64,000 nucleotides of DNA from Felis catus (Eukaryota): assembly GCF_018350175.1 (NCBI RefSeq), contig NC_058368.1:76572001-76636000 (forward strand). The letters run 5' to 3'. Numbering within the stretch: the first letter of the stretch is position 1; the number at the start of each line of letters is the position of its first letter. Below are positions 22,975 to 36,038 of the stretch, piece by piece. The position numbers and the translations under genes were made by a program. The notes under the pieces were generated by a model. That model saw only the letters and a program-made list of their open reading frames with translations, searched no databases and had not been told where the DNA came from.

Positions 22975-25381
22975 CTGAAAAGATTATCTCGCACAGCGAT
23001 TTATACGTCGCTCATGAGGGTCCGCTCATCGCTTGCCCTGAACCTGACTTCATTGAGGATAACAATCGATAAAACAGGCTTATTTCCCAAGGAAGACTTT
23101 TCGGGCAAGAAGCATGCAAAATTGTCCAATAAGTGAAAATAGCCATCGTGGATTATGGAGCTCTCCAGTGTCATTTCACATTAATCTCGGTGAGCCCCTT
23201 TAGACCTTCCACCGCCGGCTGTGGTACTCAGCTTTCTTCTCTTCTGCTCCCAGCAGGAACTGGAAATGTTGGCGTGGAAGAACGTGAATGGCACAAGAGA
23301 CAGCAGAGGGCGAGGTAAAGAAGTCCCCCCTTGTTCATGTGAGCACAGCAGTCAGGAAGGCCCTGCCCTGCAGATAAGAAAAAAGAGGTGGTTGTTCAGC
23401 ACTGGGCAGCGAAGGTAGTGGGGATTGTACTATCCCTCACCACATGCTTTCTTCGTCTGGGGCATTGTGGGGCTCCGGCGTTGTAGATATAACAGCGGCC
23501 TTGACATCTACTTTAAAAAATGACTCTTTTTCTCTTTTGCTTTAGTTAGCGCAGGCGAGTATGGTAATTCTCAATGGGAAACTGATACTGAGAAGTTCTC
23601 CCTGAGTGATTTATAGGTAAAGTTATAAACAGAGAGTTGTACTAAGGTAAGGCCCCACCCCATGTTGAAAAAGGAAAAGGAAAAGACGACAAGAAGGAAA
23701 AGTAATTCGTTTTTAGGTTTATTGCTCTTTAAATACATTCGTTTGTTGTAAATTGTCAGCAAGGACGTGGACCCGGCAGGAGAGTCATACAAGGAACACT
23801 TACAGAGCAGAACTCTCAAACTTAAGTCGTCCCCTAACATACACCCGCTGGTCAAGCCACCAAGTCTCTCCAGTGGAAAGGGAGTACTTAGAGTTTCAAG
23901 GTTTGCTGAAGATTCCAGAAGGAGGAAGGGCCTACCTTTTGAAGGGATTTGGAGTGATATTTTTAGGGAAAATAATTATCGATAGTGAAGGAGAAATGGA
24001 AGCACGAAGTGTGAATGGGTCTTTTGATTCTTTGGCAAGTCTGTAAATGTAGTGAAATTAAGGGGAAAAAAATCTTAAGACTCGTTAAAAAAATTAACAT
24101 TAAAATGCTTTCTGAAATGCGCAGGAGAGGGTATGTTATTGTTTTCTATCCCCACTCCGTCTTCTACATGTTCCATTAACCACTGACTTGTATAACCGGC
24201 TGGAAACAGCTCGGCTCAGGAAGTAAACAGACATTCAATCACGTTTCTTTCAACCACCCAATACGTAGACGTGAAAACAACCCAGTATTGATTATATGGG
24301 GGTCAAAAGGCAAAAAGACGTCGGAAAGGTAACGTTCATTTCACGTGGGCTACAAAGAATTTTCCACGGCCCAGACTGCAAGAGTTTCCACCTCGTACAG
24401 CTATACACTCGTGACAGAGGAAAAAAATTCTGGGTCAGAGTTGTTGAATGAGAAATATCTGTAATGAAAACAGCAACGACAAGACAGCCTTCTGGGGGAA
24501 TGACACACAGTTTAAAAAGCTGGGAAATAAATAGACTAATGGATAGAATCCATGCAGACATATGCCAGGCATATGGAACTGCTACGCCAGTAAATCTCTA
24601 TTTTCATGTTTTTATTGTATCTGTGGCTAAATGATGACGTGGTATTTTAATTGGCCTTGACCAAAGTTTTCCCTTTGTTCCCCCTAAGATAAAAATTCAC
24701 AGACAAGGTGAAAACTTATTCTGAAGACACCCGACGTTCTCCCTCTTAAATTATGACAGCAACCCATATCTGAGAGCCCCCGCTACCCCAATTCTGAACG
24801 CATTGAAGTGAAACGCAGACTCGTGTTCACAATCCAAAGCTCAGAACCATAAAGTCTACGCTATGTGACAAAGAAATGTTATGTCTTTGAAAGGAGAAAT
24901 AGAAACCGACAAAGAAAAGTGAATCCCGGAAATAACCAGGTGATTTAAAGCTTTCTAGATAATCACCAGCAACTAGAATGATAATACTTTAATAGCATAT
25001 TATATTTAAATAGCACCTTTCAAACTCCATCGTGCTAATCTACACAACATGTTCACAGGTAAGCAGGAAGGGGTATTATTCCCCTTTGAGATTAAGAAGG
25101 GTAATAGAGGACAGCCTTACTGAGGTCTCTTTCAGTCTTGGCAATGGATCCGGTACTGGACGCTCCTCACGAGACTTCCCTGCCTCCGTACCAACTCAGC
25201 TTGTGGGATGAGCTGGCCTCCTGGGCATTTTTCAGCACCCCTCTGTAGACGGGGAATTTCTTGGAGATATGACCAAATCTCGGGCTTTCTCCACTTCCTG
25301 GCTTCACCTGGTGGGTGTCCTATGAATACATCCCGGGACCAACAGAATTAACACCTGAATCTCCCCGAAATCCGTTCTTAC

Positions 25382-25401
25382 TCCATCGGCTTTGCCACAA
25401 T
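25382..25401 (-). pseudogene. 20-nt micro-exon (block exon 3)
   Basis: ttttctgcattcag|ATTGTGGCAAAGCCGATGGA|gtaaga; IVAKPM; phase 0 to 2. Confidence 0.6.
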
Positions 25402-25834
25402 CTGAATGCAGAAAATCAAGTAAGCCTTGGGTGAAGGATGTCGCAGGGTACAGATCTTTCTCAGAGTTTCCTCAGCTCCGGATAGATGGACCCAGTGGTT
25501 ACAGTCCGGCCTCTCTTTGACCTTGTCCCTTGAGACATGTCTATTTTTATTTTTACTATATTTTATTTTTACCGTCAGACAAAGCTGACTTCCTTTTAAG
25601 CCCAGCCTACGATTAGGCAAAGTTCAGGAAGAATGCAGGCTTCTCTTTCCGACATGCTGGGCCGGGTGGCTAACTTGAATGCCAACCTAAAGGCATATCT
25701 ACCTTAACTAATGATGCAGCAGAGACTCGAAAGTAGGCAGAATGGTTTTCATTCACACTTCAAATGTTGGCCAGAATCTAGTTCTCCCTATGCCAGATCA
25801 AAGTAGTCTTCCAAGATGAGTGACAACCACTCAC

Positions 25835-25938
25835 CTTTGGCACAATGGCGGCATTGAGAGCCATCACCCATATACTGAATGACACCCTGGCGTGGCCACA
25901 GGAGAACGTTATGGAAGCAGGAATGGAGTTGAAAAGCC
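25835..25938 (-). pseudogene. Exon, open (block exon 2; PH-like terminal strand and helix)
   Basis: gttttgctcag|...AAG|gtgagt; LFNSIPASITFSCGHARVSFSIWVMALNAAIVPK; phase 1 to 0. Confidence 0.72.
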
Positions 25939-26949
25939 CTGAGCAAAACCATGCCTCCAACTCAAGAGTCTTCCTCCTCCTCACTTCAAACTCATGCCTG
26001 TATCTTCTTCCGTACGCGGCGCTCAGAGTAGCGAGGTCTCACCTCGTTCCTCATTTACTGCTCAGCGAGGTCCAAGTGCTCTCTAGACAAGTGATCTTTC
26101 TCTTTCACTTATTACAGAGGGCTCTATACAAACCCACTGTTTATATTGAACAGTCCATAGATGACGCAAAAGCACCTTTTCCTGTGGATAATCAGTAGGA
26201 CTTTCACAAGTGGTTTCAGGGAGACGCTCTAATCCAGGTACAAAGCGATAATACGCATGATACCTTTGTATAGGGTCTTGTTATATATTAAGCACGTTCA
26301 CGTATGTAACTGCATTTGTAGGCAAATTATTTCGCTTCTCTGAGCTTTCATTTTCTCCACATGTATAAATAGTAGCACAAATGTTCCATGATAGGTAAAC
26401 GTATTTCGAAGATTGCAATTCAGTTGTAGAACCATCCTGAGAATTCAGACACCATGTAGATATTATTTCTGTTGGCCATGTGTTTTTTTTTTTAAATGAC
26501 TATGAGTGAGTTTTGGTCACTTATTCTAGACGACAAATACAGTCTTTGAAGAATCACCGGTTAAGTATTAGCCACTTTCAGATGTTGCTAAATATTTAGA
26601 CAACGATCCAATGTGCTCTGAAGGATCCTTATTTAGTCATGGGAAAAATTAGAAATTTTGAAGTTAGCAATAATATTTTTAGATATTTTAAGGTCAATCC
26701 CACTTGATATTGAAAGATGTGTACAATCTGCCTTATTAAATCATCTTGTGGATAGAGTTGTCTACTGATTATAGAGAACATTCTTTGGGGGTGATCTAAT
26801 CCATTCACTTAGCTCAAAATACCATTTATATACTAAAGACAACCAACCTCTTATCTCTAGCCCAGACCTCTCTGAATTCCTGGCTCATACATCCAACATC
26901 ATGCTTGACATGTTTACTTTTCAGCATTTCTTAGAATAATTTCAAAACT

Positions 26950-27147
26950 GGGGCACCTGCGTGGCTCAGTCCGTTAAGCATCTGACTCTTGACTTCGGCT
27001 CAGGTCATGATCTCACAGTTTGTGAGTTCGAGCCCCCTGTCAGGCTCCATGCTGACATTGCGAGCCTGCTTAGGATTCTCTTTCTCTGCCAGTCCCCTGC
27101 TAGCTCTTTCTCTCCCTCTAAATATAAATAAAGAAACTTCAAAAAAA
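26950..27147 (+). mobile_element. Can-SINE within an L2-like fragment (from about 26780)
   Basis: Head and tail; flanking direct repeat taatttca; upstream tctctagcccagacctctc is L2-like. Confidence 0.9.
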
Positions 27148-28579
27148 GAGTAATTTCAGAATTAAGCTATATAAAATTAATCACTTGATTTTATTTTCAT
27201 GCAGAAAAACAAACCAACCCAGTAAAATTAAAATTCTCTCTTAATTAATGACATTTTATTTTAGCCAAAGATGTTTTCTACAATAAGTTGTGTGTGTGTG
27301 TGTTTTTTTTTCCTAATGGCTTTTTTGACAAGATTCCTGCAAGTTTCACCCACCTACATACCCACTTATACATGTAAACATATATTCCCGGGGAGGATTC
27401 TTACCAAAAGAGAAATTTTTTCAATTTAGTAATTCTGAAGTTGAAGTTTATAATGTTTTAGAAAACGAGGCCTTTTAAAAATCATTATAAGGCTGACTCC
27501 AATACTGGAGATGAAGACATTTATTTATGGTGATGCCCCAGATCCTGAGATGCAGGTACCATGTTTTATAGGTTGGATGGAACAACAGCGGGGGCACATT
27601 ATCAGCTAAGGACAGATTTCCTGTTTGTTAGTTTAGGAACTGTTCTTGTATGTGTTGGCTGATAGCCTATAAGCAAGCAATTATTTTATTAATGAAAAAA
27701 TAGAGGAAATAAGATCACCCACTACGTGTCCTGAGAGTTTAAGTCATCATTTTTGCATCAGACGCTAAATCCTGTGAACTAACAGTCACCCTTCACAGAC
27801 CCCCAACCCTTGTAGCTGTCTCTCTTTTCTGGCTTCCAGAGACATCAGCACGCCGGGCCTCAAAATTTTCTCTTCTCTTCCCCAGCCAAGGGCTCCATTA
27901 CCTTGAACTTTCCTCTGGAGCAGCTACCAGCCTGGATCACCATGGCTGTTCTCCCTGGAAATGCAGAATGGCTTCGTTTTAAGAGCCCGGACATCACTTA
28001 TTTCTTGCCTACAGGGGACTACGTGAGAGAGGGAGAGGAAATGCAATTAAATACATTTACAAATCAGGCCGTAAACCCGTGGTCTGGAATTTCAAGTTGT
28101 GGAACAAAATAGCCTGCTTTTTTGGTCGTGGCTACCATTGTGGGTACTGGGATTTCAACTGAACCATATGCTTGCTGGCTTCTACACAGTCTTGGTTGAT
28201 AACTTCAAGATCTGTAGCTTTGCTCACGTAGTTTCCTGTGCCTGCACGTTCTCACTTCCAACCCTGGCTCCCTAAATACTACTCCTTGTTAAAAATCAGT
28301 CCATCTTTCATAGTTTATTCCGAAAGAGTATCTCCTCCACCAACACCTTTCCCTAATCCTTCCATTTAAATACTCTCTGCCAGCTCCCAACTTCTGTTGT
28401 CATTTATGTAAATATTTATTCCCATTCATATCCTATACCTTAATGGATTTTGGCTACTGGTGCATTTATCTAATTTTCTCATTTCTTGCTCATTTCCTTG
28501 CACATCATAGGTACCCACCCCAAAATATGTTGAATGAACACCACGTGAAGTAATAGTTCAACACATGTACTTTGTAGAG

Positions 28580-28750
28580 TGTACATATGTCTGAGTTCAA
28601 GTCTTTGCCCTTCTACCTATGAGGTGAATAAACTTGGGCGAGTTGATTAATATACTCATGCCTCAGTTTCTTCAACTATCAATGGTCATAATAATAGAAC
28701 CTACTTCACGGGAACTAAATGAGCTAACACTTGTGAAGCAATAGTAAGAA
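28580..28750 (+). mobile_element. MIR
   Basis: ttgggcgagttgattaa...gcctcagtttcttcaactatcaatgg...ataatagaacctacttca core. Confidence 0.75.
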
Positions 28751-29321
28751 GTCTCCTATTTAGCAGGTAAACACTTGAATGAATGAATAAAAGAATGGGT
28801 TGTAAATTTAGCAGAATAATCACTGGATATTAGGTATGTGTACTTTCACAAAGAGGGAGAAGCACTCAACCTCTGGGAAGAAAAGCCAACTGAGATGAAA
28901 TCACACAATCTCCATCAAGTAGGCTTATGGGCATTATGGCGGTCACGGAGCCCATGTGGCAGGCACATCACGAAAACAGGCTGTGCCTTGTATCTCACCA
29001 CACACTCTCTTTAGTTGTATGAAATAAGGCTTCTGAGAGCTGAAATCTAGCTGTTTCTTCAGCTCTTACTCAGTGATAAAGAAGAGAAGATTAAAAGTAA
29101 AGGAATCGAAGCAGGGAGTGACCAGCTGAAGCAGGACCGCTGAACCGGACAGGAAGGAGGGCTCGGGGTGACTAGAGGCACCTCAGCCTCTGAAATGCCT
29201 CGGGCTACTTTGGCAGATGCACAGGACAAGCCCATTTTATCCACATATGCTGTGCAAATCTAAAGGTAAGAATGATCATGATTCTCGAAAAATCCTTTGG
29301 GGTTATTTAGAATCAATATTT

Positions 29322-29477
29322 GGGGCGCCTGGGTGGCTCAGTCGGTTGAGCATCCAGCTTCGGCTCAGGTCATGGTCTCGCGGTTCGTGGGTTCAAGCCC
29401 TGCATCAGGCTCTGCGCTGACAGCTCGGAGCCTGGAGCCTGCTTCAGATTTTGTGTCTCCCTCTTTCTCTGGTCCTT

Positions 29478-29520
<43 letters not shown>

Positions 29521-29542
29521 AAATAAACATTAAAAAAAAAAA
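29322..29542 (+). mobile_element. Can-SINE
   Basis: Complete element; TSD agaatcaa. Confidence 0.95.
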
Positions 29543-29560
29543 GAATCAAAATGGTTTTCC

Positions 29561-29748
29561 TTTTTTAAGTTTATTTTGAAAGAGAGAGAGAGCATGGGGA
29601 AGGGACAGAACAAGAGGGAGAGAAAGAGAATCCCAAGCAAGCTCCGCACTGTCAGCACAAAGCCCGGTGTGGGGCTTAAACTCATGAACATGAGATCATG
29701 ACCTGAACTGAAGTCGAATGCTTAACGACTGAGGCAACCAGGTGCCCC
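29561..29748 (-). mobile_element. Can-SINE, tail-to-tail with the previous copy
   Basis: Antisense element. Confidence 0.92.
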
Positions 29749-31485
29749 GGGATTAGTATGTTTTTAAAGGTTACACACAAATGCACATACCCTTGCAAAA
29801 ATGGCTTTGCCTAGATTATCTCAACTCCTGTTGAGTCATTATGGAGCATATCATCTCATCTAACATCATATCATTTTCACCTAACATTTTATATTTTTCT
29901 AATTTGCATTTAATTGCTACTATGGAAATAATCTTATTAAGTATATCAGTGACTTAAACTAGGGTTTGCAAATAATAATAGAAGCAGCAACCTAAGTTCT
30001 GTAACTAATATAATGATGGCAATAGGAAACATAAATTTGGGTGAGCTAGAAAAAGGGAATCTACAACTTAGAATTTATAAAAGCAGCTGATAAAAACAGG
30101 AGAATAAGGAGTGGGAATTTCGGTGGAATCATCTATTTATCATACTACTTGGTATGTTATCTGCTAAGAAACATCTCAAATAAAGGCATGAAGTCACCAA
30201 AGCTTTTCTTGTTATTTTCAAAAGAAAAAAAAAATCAGAGTAACATCTTGGATAGGCCAAAGATTTCACAGAACCAGTATAAAATCATCTTTCTCTGTAC
30301 GAAAATGATTAACTTGCTAAGAGCAAAGAGAGACCAAGATCATAGATATCCTCCAAATTTTCACTTTTATCAAAAGAACAGGAGAAAAAAAAAACATGCA
30401 ACCGATGAGAAACATGAAGAATCAGTAACAAAGTGAGCGATGAAGTTCATGCTGGGAGGGAAGGCAAAGGAAACCATTGTGCGTTTCCTCAATTAGATGA
30501 TAGTGTTGAGAAAGTCACGCGACGTCAATAGCATTTAAGGCAAAAGAGAAGTTCTTTCCCCATGACGCTCCTGCACACATATTTGCTTCACAATTGGGTG
30601 CATACACTCATGTGTAGAATAAAAACTAGGTCCCAGGTTGTGTGCAGCAAATATGTGAAGGATGAGTGCTGAAAACTTCGTATTCTTTTTTTGTTGAATG
30701 TTCAGTAGTACAGGAGAAGAGATATTTCACCTTGCTAATGACTACTTAATATCCATGATATAAATTGGAAAGAATATGTTATGATTACTACAAATGTCCT
30801 TAAATGTTGGTGCACAAGGAAAGTCATTTTTATCATAAATACATAAATAATTTTCACTTAAATGCCAATCTATATAGTATTTATTATTTGCTAGAAACTC
30901 ATAGTGATCCACAACTAAGCCTGAGTGCTAAAGAAAACAGTGCAAATTGAAATATAATATAACCACTCAATACACAGTTCTTTCTTCCCACTATATGAAC
31001 AAGTAAGCAATAAGAAACTCTATTTTTAAGTAGGTTGGCTATCTAAATTCAAGGAGCTCACACATATCGTTTAAGTGAAGGATGAAACCGAAACATTCCT
31101 TCATGATCTTTTCTATGATTTCAAGTATGCACTCAAGAAACACACTACACCCATATATTCAGTATCATCAGTAGTCTGACCCTTTCTCTTCAGAGTTGAA
31201 ATATAACAAATACTAAAGTCAAGGCTATTATGTAGATTCCTAAAGAAGACAAATGTGCAGAACAGAGATCTCAATAGCATGGATTATGCTCTTTTGTGAG
31301 ACTTATTGAATTTCTTTATTTGTTAGTGAAGTAAACTGATGCTGTATTTGTAAGCATACATTTTTTTTTTTAATTTCCAAAACCTACCCCAGACATGAAG
31401 AAGCACTTTTCAGAGTCAAATGCTCAGATCTGATTCACCCTCTCATTGGCCGTGGTCATCCATGGCTCACCCTGAATCTTCTTAC

Positions 31486-31571
31486 TTGAATATGATCTCC
31501 AATGCTTAACTTCAAGTGCTAAAATCTCTCCATGATAAGGGTTCGTGTTCAGCTCAAGCATCGAGATCCAT
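31486..31571 (-). pseudogene. Exon, open (block exon 1 of 7)
   Basis: tgattttcttag|...|gtaaga; WISMLELNTNPYHGEILALEVKHWRSYS; phase 2 to 1. Confidence 0.7.
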
Positions 31572-32039
31572 CTAAGAAAATCAACAAACACTTACTACCG
31601 TTCCTGAATAGATGTGATGTGGGTCATAATGATCCAGGTCAGTGGAAATAAAGACTGAAGATGGAACCTGACTGGGTGAGGAAATTTATTTAGAAATCAT
31701 GCTACCTATCAGCAAGACAGATGCAGATAGCCAAGTGGACCATTTCTTACCATACCATCTATAACACATGCTGATTGTAATCATTGATTTTTTTAATATT
31801 TTATTTCACTTTGGAAAATGTTTTCCCAAATACTTGCCTACGTGTGTTCTATCCAAGTCAATCACATTCCCGTAACAAGTCTGTGGGATGCAGACGATTT
31901 TGAAAAAGTACGAACCGAGAGTAAAAATGAAGAAACATGTATGTTCTAATATCACTTCGTGATACTAGGAATGGCTGAGTTTTTAAACATATAATCCCTT
32001 CAGTCAGGAAACCCTGGATGTTTGTTTCTTAAAAAATTA

Positions 32040-32560
32040 CAAATTTGATAATTAGAAAAGGAGTAAAGCTGTGTTTTTAATAACAATTAAATAGTATAAG
32101 ACTACATGAGGTAAAATGAAACATCCCCCTTCTCAGCACCAAAGCTCACTCTAAGATGCTTTCTGCTAATAGTCAGGTTTAACCTTCTCAAACTGCTTTT
32201 TTGTACATAAAATTACTTTTCCTCGCAACTTGCTTTTTTACATTTAATGTATTATGGGCAAATATATATTCAGTCCATTTGCACGTAGTATGTTTTATTG
32301 TTGCATAATATTCCAATCATAGTTATGCCTGAATGAGTTTAACCAACGCCTTCCTTACACTGTTGAAACAACTTTGAGAATTTTGTTACTACAAGCAATC
32401 TAGCAGCTGGAACATTTTACACATATCTTTGCCTATTTGTACAGGAACATTTTAAAAATACTTTTCTAGGATTTGAGTTGTGGCTCGAAAGGCACTATTT
32501 ATAAATGCCGCCAAATTAGCTATCAATAACATTGAACCAGTCTCCTTCCTCCACAAACAC
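32040..32560 (-). mobile_element. Ancient L1M 3' fragment
   Basis: caacttgcttttttacatttaat...gttgcataatattcca...gccaaattagctatcaa, typical of decayed antisense L1 3' ends. Confidence 0.6.
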
Positions 32561-32698
32561 GTGAAACAGGAGGTATTACTGGGCTCAGTGCAGGACCTCT
32601 GGTCAGTGGCAAACAGGACGAAAACCCAGACAGTTTGACTCCAGTTTCTGCTCTTAAATCTGGCTTTCCATTTTCCCATTTGTATGAATTAATCACAC

Positions 32699-32890
32699 TT
32701 TATAGATCTTGAGCCGTAGAGTGTTGTAGCCTTCCAACAACTGTTACCAAAATGTTTGAAGGCTTCATTACCTAAAATGATAAATTCCCATTACGTGGAA
32801 AATACATTTATAAGAAACACCTCATTTTCCAACAATGTCAGACAAAGCATGCTATGTATATTTAATGCCATGCTGATCTGTCGCTCCTGA
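32699..32890 (-). pseudogene. One or two exon remnants (32821-32890, 32699-32771)
   Basis: Acceptors cactctagctag and atcattttag; second part NEAFKHFGNSCWKATTLYGSRSIK ends phase 2, matching 31571. Gap is only 49 nt and the frame is ambiguous. Confidence 0.35.
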
Positions 32891-32994
32891 CTAGCTAGAG
32901 TGATACAGAAAAGTAGGAATAAAAAGCCCACGCACTGAGACTTGTTCATTCCTTTCTGTAGGAAAGAGCAGAAGCAGTACTCAGAGTTCTTTAC

Positions 32995-33117
32995 GCACAC
33001 TTCTAATGCCTTTGGCTTTGGGTTTCCACTGGACCAAAGATGGAAATGTCCTCTTAGATAGAGGGTGTGACAGCCAGGTAAGGAAGGCCCACTCGCATCC
33101 ATGAGAGATAACGTGGC
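32995..33117 (-). pseudogene. Exon remnant
   Basis: ctctgttgttaacag|...|gtaaag; 123 nt open: ATLSLMDASGPSLPGCHTLYLRGHFHLWSSGNPKPKALEVC. Confidence 0.55.
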
Positions 33118-33211
33118 CTGTTAACAACAGAGCACAAAGAACAATCCCGAAAACAGGAAAGGGTAAGTTCCTTTAGAGTAGAGGCAAAGACGGAATTATT
33201 AGCTGTTTAAC

Positions 33212-33246
33212 GTAGCCCATTGAAGTCCAATGTAATCCAACAATTA
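33212..33246 (-). pseudogene. Small exon remnant
   Basis: Strong acceptor ccctcctgttactttcag, weak donor gttaaa; IVGLHWTSMGY. Confidence 0.4.
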
Positions 33247-33829
33247 CTGAAAGTAACAGGAGGGAACACTTATTCGCCAGCATTCCTGGGAGACCAAGGA
33301 AGAACTGTCCTGACAGTTGAGTCTATTCAAGAGAAAAACTGTCGGTTTAAATTAAAAACCAATTTGATTGTTTTAAATTAAAAACTGATTCCAATTAAAT
33401 TAAAGCTGTCAGAAAAAAACAGCCACCCAGGGGCTACATGAAGTAGGTAAGGCGTATGTTGGCGTGTGGACTCCAGAAGGAGCAGGACACGAGGGCAGAA
33501 GGGCCAAAGTCAAGAGCTGTGTAGACTGTGACGTAATCCCTCCTCTGTGAGCCACCATGCCTTCAGTAAAGGGGCACCTTTACAGAGTGCATGGCTCGGC
33601 ATGGCACAATGGCAAACGCGAGCCGAACAAGATGATGGCACACCTCAGCGAGAGAATGGAAACAGTGGTGCCTTGAGGAGGGAGTGTGTAGTTGGGATTG
33701 AACAGAAATGACGGGAAGACCCTTGTGCTTACACTGGCTGTTAAAGATTCTAAGTTCTCGTGAGACAGAGAAGTTCAAAATGATATCGAAATTATGATAG
33801 GAATAGCCAGAACACTAATATCCAGTGGT

Positions 33830-34060
33830 GACCCAACCCTTACTATATCTGTCAAGCACCCCGCTGAGTGTTTTCCATGTACGTTGTCTCATTTAATTGT
33901 CACAAACTCCCAAGGGGATTGGTACCGGTGATTGTTACCTCCATTTTGTAGGCAAGGACGCTGAGGATCAGAGAAGTTAAACAATATGCGTTACATCACA
34001 AAGTGCAACCGGTGATAAAGCCATGACTCGAGACTTGAACCCAGCTCTGTCTCCAGAGAA
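33830..34060 (-). mobile_element. MIR
   Basis: tctcatttaat...ctccattttgtaggcaaggacgctgagg...agagaagttaaacaa...acttgaacccag. Confidence 0.75.
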
Positions 34061-34473
34061 TGTGCAATTAGCGATTACACCAAGCTCATAATGATATATT
34101 CCCTGAGCTTTCAAAAAGAGTCAAAGTTTGTTACTAATCTAAAAAACAAGGCAGAATGCAATACTGTTTCTCACGTATTTCCATCAATAATGTTACTGTT
34201 GAAAAATCCTAGCCTAGTAGTTTAAGTTTAGAGGACAGTATGATACAATGATTAGTAGTCAAGAGAGTTGGATTCTCTTAGATACCTTCAGACCTCAAGT
34301 TTCCATATATCCAACAATGGGGTGCATGGTTGGTTGCTAAGATCCCTTCTTGCTCTAACTTTCTGTGACAAAGTCAGGTAAGACATTTCATTGCCCAACA
34401 GCAGTGAGGAGGGCAAGGGTTTTAGTGCAGATATTAACGCTCGCCTCATTGTGCACGTGACACATACTCATAC

Positions 34474-34525
34474 CTACAAGGGAGCCATGGGAACAAACAC
34501 CTTGCTCTTTGGCTCTTCAGACCAT
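34474..34525 (-). pseudogene. Exon remnant
   Basis: tgactctcag|...|gtatga; MV*RAKEQGVCSHGSLV (alternative frame open). Confidence 0.45.
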
Positions 34526-34779
34526 CTGAGAGTCACAGGGTTCTTCCTTCCGTTTATTATTATTTGGAGGAAGAAGAGGAATCAGAACTAAATGAAACCC
34601 GGGGATCCTGAAATTTCCTTCAGTCTTTGTTGTACCTGTCAAGATATGGGCTGTAGCCTTGAGCCCACACAGCTCAGGGTCACTGCTTGGCAGAAGGCTT
34701 GGTTTTTCTGAACTCCAGTGCAAAGCTCGTCCAATTCCTCTCCATGGTTTGCAGGCTCAAGCAATAAGAATTGAGAACA

Positions 34780-35015
34780 GGGGTGCCTGGGTGGCGCAGT
34801 CGGTTAAGCGTCCGACTTCAGCCAGGTCACGATCTCGCGGTCCGTGAGTTCGAGCCCCGCGTCGGGCTCTGGGCTGATGGCTCGGAGCCTGGAGCCTGTT
34901 TCCGAATCTGTGTCTCCCTCTCTCTCTGCCCCTCCCCCGTTCATGCTCTGTCTCTCTCTGTCCCAAAAATAAATAAACGTTGAAAAAAAAAAATTTAAAA
35001 AAAAAAAAAAAAAAA
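34780..35015 (+). mobile_element. Can-SINE, young SINEC_Fc type
   Basis: Near-consensus, long A tail; followed by a 40-bp antisense SINE head at 35015-35054. Confidence 0.96.
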
Positions 35016-35066
35016 GAGTCAGATGCTCAATTGACTGAGCCACCCAGGGGCCCCAATAAGACATTC

Positions 35067-35294
35067 TTTTTTTTTTTTTTAATTTTTTTTAATGTTTTAT
35101 TTTATTTTTGAGACAGAGAGAGACAGAGCATGAGCGGGGGAGGGTTAGAGAGAGAGGGAGACACAGAATCTGAAGCAGGCTCCAGGCTCTGAGCTGTCAG
35201 TACAGAGCCCAACGCGGGCTCGAACTCACGGACGGTGAGATCATGACCTGAGCCGAAGTCGGAAGCTCAACCCACTGAGCCACCCAGGCGCCCC
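35067..35294 (-). mobile_element. Can-SINE
   Basis: TSD aataagacattctt. Confidence 0.95.
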
Positions 35295-35600
35295 AATAAG
35301 ACATTCTTAATGACAGAAACACATTTAGAATTGTCTGTGTATGTCTTTAATAGGAAACTATAGTAGTGGAGTTGACTATAATCAGATTGTACGATTCATC
35401 CATTTGGTCTTGTTTCTTCAGCGTTAGTGCACCTCAATTCACAGGTGTGTTCCCAGTGCGTAAAAGAGTACCCAGCACTTTGTACGCACTCAGTAAATAT
35501 TAACGGACACATGACTATGCGAGGCATCTGCCATCCAGCACCACCATTGACGAAAAACTTTCTGGAAGGCTTCCTGTCTCCACACAGAGATCTCACTTAC

Positions 35601-35673
35601 GAGGAACTTCATAGCATGCATGGGAACGAACCACCAATGGCAAACTTGCACGACTATGCCTCGGACCAACCCC
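35601..35673 (-). pseudogene. Exon remnant
   Basis: Perfect donor gtaagt, weak acceptor gtgtaaag; GLVRGIVVQVCHWWFVPMHAMKFL (a second frame is also open). Confidence 0.5.
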
Positions 35674-36038
35674 CTTTACACGCACACACAAAATTGAAAT
35701 TTAAAAATGCCCAGGAACAATTCAGTGAATTTTGGTGCCATTTGCAGAGAGGAGGAAGATCAGGAGAGGGGCAGATGCGTGGGGAAAAATCACACGCTCT
35801 ACCGTAGACGTTTTTTGTTTGTCATGTGCGAACTGTCAAGAGACAGTTGGATAGATAGACTTGAATGCAAATTTTTTTTTTACATAAGCTATTACTAAAA
35901 TTGGTTTGGCATGCAATCCCAGAAGGAAACATCTTCTTTTTCTTCAGCCACACATCCACGTGTGTGCACACGCACACACACACACACGCACAACTACCCA
36001 AGTGCCAGAACAGTGAGCATTTTGTGGTATCCACGTAC

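Noticed and set aside
26043..26082. Candidate exon with good GAG|gtgaga donor
   Set aside because: Stops in all three frames and not needed for phase.
31751..31758. 8-nt micro-exon ATGGTATG|gtaaga
   Set aside because: Too short to support, lies in L2-like sequence, and would create TGA at the next junction.
33345..33403. Triple ttaaattaaa motif
   Set aside because: Short AT-rich local duplication with no further support.
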